A DNA stretch of 64,000 bases from Monocercomonoides exilis PA203 (GCA_001643675.2 LSRY02000022.1:558001-622000), one strand, 5' to 3'; positions 44,276-58,448 are shown, counted from the first letter of the stretch. The notes: generated by a model from the sequence alone, not told the origin. Made by a program: numbers and translations.

Positions 44276-44342
44276 TAGCTGACTGTTTTGTCGGTCGACT
44301 TGTCGAGCCATGAAGAAAATGTCGGTCTGTCGCAAAGGCCTA
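40061..44342. mobile_element. Non-autonomous 4.3-kb hAT element with gene-fragment cargo
   Basis: Perfect 15-bp TIR TAGGCCTTTGCGACA (40061-40075 / 44328-44342) and perfect 8-bp TSD ATGAAGAT (40053-40060, 44343-44350). No transposase motifs seen inside. Confidence 0.92.
41420..43183 (-). pseudogene. Decayed host-like coiled-coil gene fragment inside the hAT element
   Basis: GC-elevated coding-like sequence; ORF pieces 42220-42450 and 41652-41936 are K/E/R-rich and broken by stops and shifts. Confidence 0.55.
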
Positions 44343-44561
44343 ATGAAGATAATGAAAACAATGATATTTTATGTCAAAGTGTTTTTTTTGGAATTAAAAA
44401 TAAAGAAGAAACTGAAGAAGAATTCACTGTTTCAGAAAAAGAAAATACAGAATTATTTGATGTTTTTAAAGAAGAGTGTTTTTCTGAATTTTATTTGTTC
44501 ATTGCGATATGTAATCTATTTATTTATTTGGTTATTATTTGATGGGAGTTCTTTTGCATAT

Positions 44562-44802
44562 TGGTAAATTCTTTTTGAAAAGTCGCAAATGTTTAATTAT
44601 CAAAATAATAGAAATATTCATATTTTTATGAAAATTTTGTTAACATACACTGAACTTCTCCATTGTAAAATCTATTTCTGGATAATGCCATTTCACACAT
44701 TCTAAAGAAGATTCGTTAGTGGAAACAGAAATTTGAGCAAAATATGAAATTTTTGATTTATTTGAGAATTAAACATTTGCGACTTTTCAAAAAGAATAAC
44801 CC
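44562..44802. mobile_element. About 240-bp MITE, same family as 49576-49815
   Basis: Inverted arms ATTCTTTTTGAAAAGTCGCAAATGTTTAATT / AATTAAACATTTGCGACTTTTCAAAAAGAAT; flanks ATAT and AGAT. Confidence 0.8.
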
Positions 44803-44806
44803 AGAT

Positions 44807-45036
44807 CTCAAATTTTTTTTGAAAAGTTCCTTTTGTTTAATTTGCAGGTGAAAATGAAAACTGAATGTTTTAATAAAATTTTGATTCCAACTTACCAAGT
44901 TACTTTGGAATGTTAATAATTGCTGAACAAAGTTATTACATTGAAGCTGGTGAAATCTTGTGAGTTGGAATGAAAATATGATGAAAATATCATTTTTCAA
45001 TTTCTCATGAAAATTTAACAAAAGGAACTTTCAATA
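44807..45036. mobile_element. Degenerate MITE, same family as 2332-2571, directly abutting the previous MITE
   Basis: Starts CTCAAATTTTTTTTGAAAAGTTCCTTTTGTTTAATTT and ends AAATTTAACAAAAGGAACTTTCAA. Confidence 0.7.
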
Positions 45037-45375
45037 TATATTTTCAAAATTTTAAAAGATAATCATCGATAAAATAATAACAAATTGTTGCGTTTCATTT
45101 TTAAATAATAAAAAAACAGAACATATGTTATTCATTTTAATTGATCGAAAAAATGTTAATTAACTGAGCAAAATCATTCAAAAAAAGAAATAGCAAGAAA
45201 TGAGTAATTTCCCACATGTCACTATATGTCATCGATATTTATGTTTATCATGAATTGTTGAATCTATTGATTAATAAACCAAAAATATAGATTTAATTTC
45301 TAACATTGGCTTCACTCAGTATTTGAGTTTCAAATCTTCATTTACTTTTTCAGTTTATATTTTTGTTTTTAAATA

Positions 45376-46304
45376 CACCTAAAATAATTCGAATTCAAAA
45401 AATAACAATTCATTTTCGAAAAAAATAATTCGATTTTGTAATTTATTAATTCGATTTCAAAAAAGAATGAATCAATTTCGAAATAAGAAATTCTTTAATT
45501 TATTGAATGAATAACTTATGTTTTTGAGTAAAAATTCTCTTTGCTTTTAACTCATCAGTAAATTTTGTTTATCGACATTTGAAAAATGATGATTTTTCAC
45601 AAAAATAATTTATTCCTTTTCATTAAAAAAACAATATTGGAGTTTATTCATATAGAAAAGAAATTCTAATGCATTTTAAAAAACTGATGTTTTTCTCATT
45701 TTTTAACAAAGAAAACTTAAACAAATCTTTGGTGAAAAAATTCTTGTTTGATGTTATTCAATAAATGTGATTGAAATTTTCTATTTCCATAAGGTAATTC
45801 AAAAGTGTGAATTTTTTTTTATTGTATTTTTTTCATCAAAATGTTGATTTATGAAATTGTAAAAATCTTAAAATAATTTATTTGTCAAAAGTTGCAATTT
45901 AAAAAAACAGTTTTCTTTTTGTAATAACATTTGATTGGATAATGTATTTCAGAAATTTTCAAATTATTATTTCTCAAGATAAATTAAATATTATCAATAA
46001 AACATGAATTTCGAAATAGAAATATAATTTTTCGATAGTGATTTATTCTTTTTCTAAATCGAATTATTAATTTCCGAAATCGAATTTATAAATTGCGAAA
46101 TTGAATTAATAATTTGCGTATTCGAATTATAAATTTTCGATTTCGAATTATAAATTCCGAAATCGAATTATTTTTTTTCGATTTCGAATTATTAATTTCC
46201 GAAATCGAATTTATAAATTGCGAAATTGAATTAATAATTTGCGTATTCGAATTATAAATTTTCGATTTCGAATTATAAATTCCGAATTAGAATAATTTTT
46301 GGTG
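45376..46304. mobile_element. Non-autonomous TIR element with TA flanks and subterminal repeats
   Basis: TA|CACCTAAAATAATTCGAATTC ... GAATTAGAATAATTTTTGGTG|TA, with TTCGAATTAT-type arrays near both ends and a 125-bp-period duplication at about 46061-46290. Confidence 0.7.
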
Positions 46305-46559
46305 TAGCAATCCCAATTACAACGTTCATCAAAGAAATGATTATTATATTAGAAATGTGAAACAAGAATTAAATGAATAATGATTGTTTTTTAATTATGA
46401 ATAAAATATCAAACTCATTTAAAAGATATTGTTTTTTTCGAATTCCACTCCTGTGAGAAAAAACAAATATAATTTTTCATATATTTTTGTAAAAAAAGAA
46501 AAATTCAGTAATTAAAAAATTGTTTGTTAACATAAGAATTCATTCGACATTTTGATTTT

Positions 46560-46963
<404 letters not shown>

Positions 46964-47526
46964 AGTGAAACGAAGCAACATGACAAAATTTTTAAATTTG
47001 TTTGTTTGATTTAGCATTTCATTTAATTTGAACATCATTATTTGAAAGAAACTAATTATTTCGTTCCTTTAAAATTTTATATTGACAAAACATTTCCTGT
47101 AACAAAGTTCAGATTTAAAAATTTCATTTTTTTGTATTTTTTTTTAAAGGAAAGGTTGAAAAAACAGTTAAATCAAACGACATACTCTGACTATCTCTTT
47201 TTATTCAACAATAACTAAAGAACAGATGGAAAAATATATTCATTTGAAGAAACAGAAGGAGAACGAAAAGATTGAGCAGTTTATTTGGAAAAATCACAAA
47301 TAGATATCCATTTCATTCACAAGTGACTTGCTTTGGAGATGTTGCATTTTTAATCTGCATCATTTTCACTCCTTTTTTCCCCAAAGTTTGGATTATTTGT
47401 TCACTTCTTTGACACATAACTTCGCTGTTCGCTCTTTCTTTTTTTTCTTTGACATTTTCGTCTTCGCACTCTTAAAGATCATCATCAGAAACATCAGTAT
47501 AAAAAAGAATTATGGTGAAATTTTGT

Positions 47527-48641
47527 TTATAAAAATGAAAAAATAGAAAAGAAAATAAAAAATGATGGTAAAAATGTGAAAGATAAGCCTCCTGTTTCAT
47601 CCAAAATTGTAGTTATAGTGGGTGTCAGGGTATTTTCTGGATTAAGTTTATTTTTCATTTTGAAGAAATATCTGGCGTTGTCCACCTTCTTTGCATCAAC
47701 TTTTCTCAAGAAATTTGAATATAACTCCTCCAAAAACAATGAATTAGCTTCAAAATCCTTATTTGTGAGTGGATTGTGCAAGATATGAAAGTTTGTGAGG
47801 CAGCAAGCCACTGAAAAACAGTCCCCAATACGCTTCATTTCAAAAACCCACGGATGACAGAAGACAGAAAAAAGTGCTTTGAGTTTTCCAAAAAATCTTT
47901 CAACAATGACACGATGAGATGCGAACTCAGGAGTACCAACTGGCTTCGTAATAATCGCTCCAAGCTCTGGTTTCGCTCCAATGAGAGCAAAATCAGCTAA
48001 ATTCTTTGCTCCTCCCTACCTATGCTCGAATGTCGGGTAGTGCTTTCTGAAAATGGTAAATCGTGAGTTGACCCAGAGTAGATAGAACTGATTGTGCTTG
48101 CTGTCCCCACATTGTGGTTCACTCCCACCTCCGCCTTGACACAATAAATGTGATTTTTCCCTAATTAGTATTTTTTTCCAAACTCCAACCTCCCTCCAGG
48201 CCTGTTTGTAGGTATTACTGTGCAGTCAAGCACAATTCCCACCTCCTTCATTTGCTCTAAACGATCTGGACGAAATGAAAGAAAAAGATTTGCAAGTTGA
48301 GGTTTTTAATTTGATGCTGTTGAATGAAGAAGTCGAACAGTTGATGTTTGGGATTCGTGTTTTGATTGAGATATGACATGAGTTAAAGAAATAGAGCCAT
48401 GGTGAAGAAAAACAAACAAAAGAAAAAGTTGTTCATCCAAAGATTCGATTGATTTTGCCCTTCCGCGATGAGGTTGGGCTGATGATGAGAGAAGACGAAG
48501 AAGCAAGTCGAATTCATAACGAACAAACCCAGTCAGTCGGTGATAACCTAAAGATGGGTTAATGAATTTTTTGCGAATTTTTCCGATGATTGATTGTTGT
48601 TTATCAACAGTTTTTTTTCTCTGTGTGAGTTGGCATAACAT
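47527..48641 (-). pseudogene. PIF/Harbinger (DDE_Tnp_4/HARBI1-like) transposase remnant
   Basis: Motifs HRLTG..EF..L, EQLFLLFVFLHHG, GSTHD, AD...G, HRVIVERFFGKLK and LTNFH; frameshifted. Confidence 0.8.
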
Positions 48642-49239
48642 TTTTTTCCCAATTCTTCAAAATGTCAAACAAAATAAATTGAGATATTAATAATTTTGTT
48701 TCAAAAAAATCTTTAACAATTAAGCCCAAATAATTAATATTGCTGTTCATATTCGTTCTTTGAATAACTCAAATTAGCAACATCTTTTAATAATCAATTT
48801 GCCTCATTCAATTTTGGGTTATGCATTGATTATCTGCCATAAATAGGTATTTATACATGATTTTTCAAATATATGGTATTCTAATTTTCTTGCCTTTTCC
48901 AACACAAACATTTAAAAATGAATTCCAAAATACAGTTTATCAAAAAGAAGTTCTTATTTCTTTTAAGTGATGACACAAAAAGTATGAGAAGGTTCATTGA
49001 ACAAAACCATAGAACTGAAATACTAGTCCTTCGACCGAAATAAAGTCACAAATGCAGAAATTTATTTTAAATATTTACTCATAAAAGAGAATAATAATAA
49101 ATCTGTTCAAATGCAAAAATCTTTCTGGTATTTATCTCAAAAAATATATAAGGAAACGATTTTGTTTTTTGGAGGCTCTTGACAGTGCAGAAAAAAGAAA
49201 ATACAACCTTCGAATGCACCAATAACTCCTGTGTGAAAA

Positions 49240-50700
49240 ATCATTAATTGAAAAATTTTGTAAAAAAAAAATTGACAATTCTATTCACTAACTTTTCCAC
49301 ATTTCGTGTTATGCAAGATCGGAATCTTATATGTAACTTCTTCGTCTTCTTCTTGATTATGAAATACCTCATCGTCGTGGAAAAAATCAAGCTTATTGTT
49401 TTATTGATGAATATATTTCTGCATTTTTAATTTTCATTTATTTGTGTTCCACATCAATTGCATAACTTCTCTCTTTACCTTTTCAAAAATCACATAGCTC
49501 AGCAGTTCAATTATTCCACAGCATTATTTTAAACAAGAAAGATACACTTATTTATTCGCTTCTTATTTTTCATATGGGTGATTCTTTTTGAAAAGTCACA
49601 AATGTTTAATTTTCAAATTATTCAAAATTTTCATAGTTTACTCAAATTTCTGTTAACATGCACCAAACTTACCAAATATGGAATCCATTATTGGATATCG
49701 CAATTTTTTGAATTCAAGTGAAGTTTCGTGAATGTTTATAAAAATTTGAGCTAAACATGAAATTTTTGATTCATTTGAAAATTAAACATTTGTGATTTTT
49801 CAAAAAGAATCACCCATATAAATAGAATAAAAGAACTGCAACAGGTTTGACTTATTTTGAATTGTCCGTTTATTCCAATTTATTAATTCAGTAGAAATTT
49901 TGAAAATGGAATGAAATTTCAAAGTGGAATGCATCATTTTTTCTGTGATAATGTAAAAATTGGAGTCAATTTATAGAACAGATTAGAAAGCACAATCAGA
50001 GATTACATACCGGGAAGCATCCATGACAATGTAATTTTCAAAAATCACTATCCAACCTTCTCTCAACATCTTTTAGTTTCAAAAATCATGGCAAATTCAG
50101 CCTATATTGGAGCAAAAGCAGAACTGAGAGCAATAATCACAAAACTGCATTAAACATCATATCTATCGAAGAACAGAGTTTTCGTGAAATAGTTTTTAAG
50201 ATGAAAAAAAACTTAATTAACTGTATTCAGGAGAAATTGGTCCATAAATATAGAAACAATTGGAAACGGTTTATTGTTTCAGTTTGTTTAACCAATTTTC
50301 ACATTTTTCATAATCCTTTAACGAAATCAGATAGTTGAGCAAACAAGTTTATAATTTTCGAATTTCACACTCAATTAACACATTAAAAGGAAGCGAAAAA
50401 AAGTGAACTAGTTATTATTTGAAAGGCAAAGAAAAAAACTTCATCCAACAAATGAGAATTCAACGAATAAATATTCAAAATCAACATAAAGAATTCGTTT
50501 GTTTTTGTTTTTGCACCCATATTGTTCTTTTGGAAATGAGAAGAACATTTTTTCACATTTTCATTTCCATTATTTATCACTTTGGAAGACTTTACGGAAT
50601 AGGAAGTCCTTCTCCACAACCGATATAAAGATCATTCAAATCAAGAGAAAAAATGAAAACATTTATTATTTAGGTGAAAACAATGAGAAGAACTTGAAAT
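49240..50700 (+). pseudogene. Second, more decayed Harbinger transposase interrupted by a MITE
   Basis: Homologous peptides LLRLL..PHRRGK, PGSIHD..IFKNHYPTF, AYIGAKAELRAIITK and LTNFHIFHNPLT. Confidence 0.7.
49576..49815. mobile_element. 240-bp MITE with GGG..CCC termini and ATAT TSD (Sola2-like)
   Basis: ATAT|GGGTGATTCTTTTTGAAAAGTCACAAATGTTTAATTTTCAAAT ... ATTTGAAAATTAAACATTTGTGATTTTTCAAAAAGAATCACCC|ATAT. Confidence 0.9.
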
Positions 50701-51529
50701 AGACGATGATTCAATTTTTGAAGACAGAAAAAAGAAAAAAGAAAAAGCGTCCATATAAATGGCTTGGAAGGATTTGTTGTTTTGTCGAAAGAAACTGAAA
50801 GTGCAAACAAAGATTCAATAAGTTGATTTTTGACTTGGTTTCTTTCAGATCAATGCGAATCAACTAAGCCTTTGTGACTTATAATGAAATTTTGTTTTAA
50901 GTCAGTCAGTGACTTATAGATAATTAATCAAAAAAGATCAAAAAATTATGATCATTCCGGTACCATAATATAGAGAGAAAAAATATAAAGAAGATTTCTC
51001 TTCGCTAATACTGTGATATTAATTCAAAATTAGCATTACATCATATTCAATTTTAACATTTTTGTCTTTTTAACTTCTTAAAACTGTTGATTTCTAGCCA
51101 TTTTGTACAAACTGACAATTTGTTTTTATTTCATTGTTTTCATTTCATCCGTTTGATAATTCATTCTGATTTTTTAAATGCTTTCTTTCTTTTAAACAAA
51201 CTTCTTTGTTGTGTAACATTAGAAAAAACTGCTAATCTTGGAATACTTTTTTTTATGATATTTAAGATTGAGAAAAATTCAACATTTCATTGCTTATTGT
51301 TATTGGACAACAATCAAAATGAACAACATACAGAACAATAAAAGAATTTTTGATTTAAAAATTAAATGTTTAGTCCATTTCCCCGCAGAAATGCTCTTTT
51401 ATTATCAATTCAAAATAGCACTTATATCTCTTTTATGAGACGCAATCTTCTTTAATAAACTTTATTGTTTTCGCTAATTCATCTGTTTTTATTTTCATTT
51501 TTCATCTGCTTGTTTCAATTTATCGTTCA

Positions 51530-54500
51530 AAGAAATTCAGCTCCTTCTTGTTCCATAGCTCAAAAATGATCGGCTTTTTGAGCAAATCGAAATCTTTTTT
51601 CAAATGAAGATATTATCTTAGCATTTCAGAAGGAGCTGCCAACTTGTTATTCAACTTTTCTGAAAGAAGATTCATTTGGCTGCCTATGTGAAGCAGTAGT
51701 CTCTTTGCTCAGCATCTTTTGTATTCTTTATCAACTTTCCCATTCTGGAGGCGGAGAAGCAAAGATAAGAAGGCGGCAGAAGATGATAAAACATTTTCAT
51801 CTTCATCTGAGCCTGCAATTGGCACTTCGATTGCCTCAGCGGTGGCTGCATCATACACATAGGAAGCAGCAATGGAAGAGTTCGAGAGGCATCCCTCGAA
51901 GCGTCTGCAGTGCTAACACAAGAAGCTGTTTCTGAGAGCGCTGCAGACGCTTCGAGGGATATGCTGAGGCACAGCAAGCTGCGCTATATGGGGGCGTTGT
52001 GCATGCAAAAAATGTGGTACTTTCAGAGATGCTTTCCGTTCCACTGGTGAATCCACTTCTGTAACTTACAGCATTTTCGTGAACGAAATTGCTAGGCAAG
52101 TTCATTTTTAAGGAGGCAGACATGAATGCATTTTTGTCTATCAACAATCAATTTTTATCCTTCACCGGCGATAAGCAATCTCAGTTGTCGAGGCGTGAGG
52201 TTGTGAAATTGGACGAAGAAGTGAAGAGGCTAGGAGTTGCAGTGTGTGAAGTGGGGGAGATGGTAGAGAAGGGAATGGAGGAGGTTTGTCTGAGGATAGA
52301 GGATGTGGTTCTTTCTCCAGCAGAGATTGCGCTGTTGAAACCTGAGGAGCGAAAAGAAGCAGAGGAAGGAGAAAGTGGAGGCAAAGATGGAGAAGAAAAT
52401 GAAGGTGATGGGAATGAGTCCAAAGGCGTGTATCCAACAACATACAGAGAGTTTGCGGAGAGAATCAAAGAGAACCAGGGGAAGCTGTAATACGCGATGG
52501 AGCTGCTGGTTGTAAAGGCGCTTGGGTTGAGTGGGCTGAGGTTTGTGAAAGCGGAGACATGTCCAGTGATTTTTTCAGAGAGTCGCCTGCCGCAAATGCT
52601 GAACAATGCCCTCACTGTGCGTGTTTACTGTGTAACATAAAAATACGCGAGAAATAAGAATGTGATTACAGGCTAAGAATATGAGTGTTTGAATATTTAT
52701 TCAATGAAAAGTCAAATTGAAATAGCTAAAGATGTGGAGTAATTGCAAATATCTGTTGATCGTATGACAATAATTGAGGAAAAAGACAAATTCATTGAAA
52801 AGGTTGTGTGAGAAAGATGTTTTTGTTGTTCTGAGTTATAAGAATAAGAAGAATAAGAATAAGAAGAAAAGGAAGAAGAAGAAGAAGAAGAAGAAGGAGA
52901 AGAAAAAGAAAGAACAGATTTGACATCGATGAAGGTGAAGAAGCTGTTGCAGAGAGAAAGAGGATAGCTGACTTGAATCAACATGTTCATTTTTGCCGGC
53001 TCAGCAGACGGAGAAAAAGGAAGTTTTTTATTTTTGTGTGGCAAATTAGCTTCATCATCATCAGCATCAGTTAAAAACGCATTTTCTGAAACAGAATAAG
53101 GAAGGAATTTCAAGTTATTAACGATGTTGGTGGGGAAGAAAAGAAGCATAAGTCCATCGAAAACGTGAGAATATCATCCAAAGTGAAGAAAGGAGGAAGA
53201 AAACCCTGGAGAGTGTGGGAGATGTGGAGCTGGACGAGAGAAGAGAGAGGGAAGAGAGAGAGAGAGGAAGAGGCAGCGCAGATAGAAGGGAGCTGGGGGT
53301 GATGGGGCTTGGAGTTGTCAAGGGAAGATGAGGAAGAAGAGGAAGAGGAAAAGGAGGAAGAGAAAGAAGAAGAAGAAGAAGAAGAAGAATTAACTTGAGC
53401 TGCATCTTCCACCACCACATTGACCATTGTTTTGAGATATTCAAACACTTTGTAAATGACTAGACTCGCTGGCTGTTTTGAAGAAGATGAAATTTCATCA
53501 TTGAATGCTGCATCACAAGGGAAAAGTGAAGAGGCGACGAGGAAAGCTGCTAAAAGGTCAGAGGAGAGGGAGAAGAGGAACCAGCATACGAAGCTGAGAC
53601 ATGATTTCACAAAGGACTTAAAAGAGAGAGAGATAAATTTGGAGGACAAGTCTGTTGCTGCTTCGAAGAGATCGGTGCGAGTGGCTGGGAAGTTGCGGTG
53701 GAGGAGGTGATTGTTGGAGAAAGATGAAGAGGAAGAGGAAGAAGAGGAGAAAGAAGAAGAAGAGGAAGATGACAGTGTCAATGCTAACAAAGGAACATGC
53801 TTCGCAAGCAAAGGCGAATGGAGAATGCTACTCAGTCTAAGCAATTGCTTCACCTGTTTTGGGTGTGCTCTTATCGATTGATAATGTGAATACATCTCTA
53901 ACACGACACTCACTGGAGGCACAGGATGATGCAGAACTTTCATCACAGCAAAGAACAAGTGCACAAGAAGCTTAGAAAACTAGCCACACCCCATCGATGT
54001 TGGAGATGTGAAGGAAATTTCTTCTTTTTCAATTGCTTCCCAGAGCAGATTGAGCTGTGAGTTGCTCTCCACACTAAGTTCCTGTTTGTTGTATTCGATC
54101 TGCACATTCAGAGTGGACGTGCAGTTGCTTCCACACGAAATCTTCACATCCACTTTCTCTGGGACGATGTAGCAGAGCTGCTGAAGGAGAAGCATCACAC
54201 TCTCTGCGCTTTCGCGGCTGGCTTCTTTTGATGGCATTTCATTGAACGAGAAGTTGTTGAGCTGCTCCAAAATGAAGAAAAAAGCAGATTTAAGCTCTTG
54301 AAGACTGGAAGTGGAAGGAGGATCGCTTGGATGAAGGGGCTGGAGGGAGGGGAAAGGCAAAGGAGGAGGAAGAGTTGAATGGGATTGGGTGTAAAGAGGG
54401 AGAGAGTAGAAGAGAAGCGAATATGAGGAAGAAAATGAAGGAGATGAAGAAGGAGAAGAAGGAAGAAGAGAAGAGGGTTGTGAAGAAGGAGAGGGAAGGC

Positions 54501-55503
54501 TTTTTGGTGGATGTGAGAGGACAATTTTGAAGTTGTTATAGTTTTTGTTGTTGCTGTTGGATATTTGAGAGGATGAAGAGGAGGAACTGCTGGATGATGA
54601 ATGAGATAAAGAAGAAAACAGAGAAGAAGAATATTATGATGATGAATCAGTTAATGATTTAGAATCTAAAATGCTTTTGTTTGTATTATTGTTGTTATTT
54701 GCATTCACAATGTTATAAGCTTCACTTTCAGATCGATTGTTCCACATTTCTTCTGAACACATTTCAAACAACATTTCATTTTGTGCTTAAAATTTTGTTG
54801 TGTGATGGAGACGAGGAAGAATAAATGAAGAAGAAGAAGAATAAGACGAAGAGGAGGAAGATGACGATGACGGAGATAGAGAAGAGGAAAATGAGGATGA
54901 CAATGCTTTTGAAGAAGCAGTAGAGGAAGAAGAAGAAGAAGAGGAAACATTAGAAGAATCACCAAAAAACGAGCAGCACTTCTTCACATCCCAGAGGAAA
55001 CTATGCACATCTGAAGAGAATGTAAACACACGAGCCAAGCGAAGCGAAGAAGAAGGCAAATATTTTGTGAGCAAATAACTTTGCCTGCCAACAGTGAGGA
55101 TGTCAAAGAGAAGGGGATATTACGACAAGCAGCGCTTGAGAGAGAGGAAAAAAGAGGAAGCTGTTCTTTCTTTGCAGAAGGAGCGGAGGACGATGCTGAT
55201 TTGTGAGGTGCAGAAAATGAAGGAGAGAGCATCGCTAACAGCAATGGAGGCAGATGTGTGGAAGGGGTGGAAGGGGTGGGAGAGGGAAGAGGGTTTTAAT
55301 AGGGAAGAAGAAGAAGAGGAGGAGGAGGAGGAAGAAGAAAAAAGAGAAAGAGAAGAGTTATTGTTATTGCTACAACCACTCAAACACCACACGGTATAAT
55401 CTCTGGGAGTTTTGTGTGATTGATCAAACATTCGCACAAAGGATGAATACAAAACTTCATCATCTTCTGACAAATAAGCTATTGTCTTTATGAAAAAGAT
55501 CAT
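51530..55503 (-). pseudogene. Poly-Ser-rich host-like gene of unknown family, decayed, inside the hAT element
   Basis: ORFs 55120-55503, 54787-55074, 53980-54360 and 53110-53964 share one frame separated by TAA/TAG. Frameshifts at about 53150 and 51980. Confidence 0.7.
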
Positions 55504-55607
55504 GATTTTTTTCCTTATTTATTGAGATTTATTTGAAAGTTTCATAAAATGAAATGTGTCAAAAAAAACTTAGCTGAACAAAATTGCAAAAAATGAATAA
55601 AGAAAAA

Positions 55608-58448
55608 CTATATTAAAAGCAATGCGTTGAGAGTATTAAGTGAAAGAGAGTGTCTGTTGTCTCCAGTTATTCTTTTCATCCTCGAGAAAATTCGTTCACA
55701 GCTTGCTTTGCTGAACGGTGATGAAACAAAAGAAAAACAAATATTTGAATATATTGTGTGATTGATACTTTTCTTTGATAAGTTTATATAATAGATTTGA
55801 GCATAATCTTCCACAACAGAACTTGGCGATGCCCTCATCTCACTTTGGTATATCTTCAGACACAACTCTTTCAGCTTTTGATCTTCTTTAAATAAAACTG
55901 AGTTTATAAATATTTCAAACCTTCTTTCCATCCTATTGGACCAATTTGAGGTGATGCATGAAGATATATTGAGGCACATTTCGTCTTCTTTGTCAGTCGA
56001 AGATGGTGAGATGATATCGAAAACTTTGCTTGCAAAAAGCAATTCAACTTCATCATCTTCCGATTCAATTGCAACATATGAAGATTCATTCATGTCGGAA
56101 AATGAGTCAGATGATCTTGATGATGATGTTAAAAAATATGATGAACAAGACGAAGATAATGATGGAGATGAAGATGATGAAGATGATGAAGATGATGAAG
56201 ATGAAGATGGAGATCTCATCACTGAATCAAGAATATGAGCTGCTTGAAAATCAGGATCTTTCAAATCTCTTTCTGCCAACAAAATTCTTAGAGGGTCTTC
56301 TTCAAAATCATCCGATTCGTTTTCAAATTCCTCTATTGTTTTTGGTTCTTCTTGCTGTTGTGTTTCACTTTTTTCGACTGTATCTGCAATTCGAAGGAGT
56401 TTGATAATTTCTGCACATACGTCATCAAGTTTCTTATCTTCAAACATATCATCAAAGCAATTGAGGTACTGAGACATTGTGAAAAAGCTGACCTGTTCAT
56501 CTCTAACAGATGAATGAAACCTTTCCAAAGCAAGATCTAAACTATCATTTGATAAAAAGAAATTATACGTCAATGAAAAAGGAGAAGAAATATCACCAAG
56601 TTGATTTTTATCCAAACTGGAAGAAGAACAATTGAATATATTTGATTGCAATGAAGATGAATAAGAAGAATTTGTTGAGTTGAAAAAATCTGAGTGTGAT
56701 GAAATTTCCTTTTGTTGTGAAAACGAGGAATATCTCATTCGAACTAATCTATTGTCTTCATTAATATGACCTTGTTGAAGAATTGTTTTTTCCGTATTTG
56801 AATGCTCACTGATTGAATGGAGAAGATGTACTGTTTCTCCTTTTGAATCCAACTTTTCTATAACGTGTTTTGCTTCAATAAATGAATTTGTGAATTCATT
56901 TCTTATGAACTTTTGAATTCCAACTGGTGTTAAAGCGTGTGCCAGTGATATCATTTCACCTGTTTTTCCAAATAAAAAATGGTTATGCATCAGAACAAGA
57001 ATATTAGTAATTGCATTTTGCCAATTTGAAGATCTGAATCTTTGGAAGGATTTGATCCCATATAAAATTCCAATTGTTTGAAGGATCATGGGGAAAATTT
57101 CACCAAGTTTTGTGTGATCGTTTTCCAAAAAAAGTTGTAGCCTGTGAATAGGAAATAACAATAATTCCATTAATACTGAATTTAACACTTTATCTGTAGA
57201 AATCAACGAATGTTTTAAAATGTCCTGGCAGTTTTTCCTTATAAATGAGCAAATTGGGTACAAACAAAGCCATCTCGTTTGAACAAAAGAAGGACATTTT
57301 TGTTTTAGTAACTTTCTGATTGCCGAAGAATGGGCATATTTTGAAAAAAATGTTAGATCATTCAATATTTGTCTAAGAAAATCAATTTTAATGAAAGCTT
57401 TTGAAACAACTAAATTTAAAAGATGGTAAGAACAATAAATAAAAAATGAAGCAACTTTAATATTTGATAGCAAAGATTCTTCATATTCTACAAGTGATGT
57501 AGTGAAGTTTTCCAGTGCTTTTTTCTGAGGTTTTAAACCATCTGAACAGAAACACCTAACACTTGCATGTAATGATTCCAATTCTTTTTTTATGATCCAG
57601 GCTAATTTTCTATAGTGACTAGCATTGAAACAAGGAGGATAAACTTTCCAAAAAAAAGTCGTAGTTTCTAGTGACAGAGGAGCAATTGTAACAACGGTAC
57701 ATTTTAGTCCTCCAACTATTCCACCATCCATCATAACGCAAATGCATTTTCCGAATAATTCTTTCGCTTTCTTTTCTTTTGCGATTTCACTTTGAGAAAT
57801 AATCAAGCTGCTTAATTTTCTACATGTTAAATATGGGAATATTTTTGTGAGATGTTTGTCTGGATTTTCTTGAGAAATTTTTATTAAGGCAGTTATGAAA
57901 TTGTTAAATTCTTTCGACGATGCAGAAGCTATGGAAATGTTGCAATGACTCACAATTTACGCAAATAGAAATTCCAAATTTGTGCTTGTGTAGTTAATTG
58001 AATTATCAAATTTTTTGGTTGGATCATCACGATTTTTAATCACAGAAGAAAATTGTTTGAAACTTGTGATATTTTGTGTTAATAAAATTGAACAATGATG
58101 ATTTTTGATTCCAGCATAATTTTTTCTTCCACTGACACCGCAAACTGCATCTCCTCTTGCATTTGGACAAAAGAATTGTTTGTGATATTCCCTAACTGGC
58201 GCTCCGCATTCGTTTGATGGGATGTAAGATATCCATAATTTTTCGTTTACAACTTCCAACGTGACTTTTGTTAAAAACTCATTTTCTTTAACAGGATGTT
58301 TGTAAACTTTGAATGATTTTTAGCAAGAATCAAAATAAAAGATATTCACAAGCACATTTGCTGCTTTTTCATATTGTTCTACCAGAGTGAGGCTCAAATA
58401 ATCACATCCGTTTTGTTTTTATTCATCGAGTTTTCTCATATAGCTCAT
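55608..58448 (-). pseudogene. hAT-superfamily transposase with in-frame stops in its 5' part
   Basis: Motifs VMMDGG, CSDG, CSYHLLNL (CxxH), QTRW and ASCERIFS (hAT C-terminal dimerisation motif). ORFs 57957-58259 and 55608-57953 are in frame across one TAA. Confidence 0.92.
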
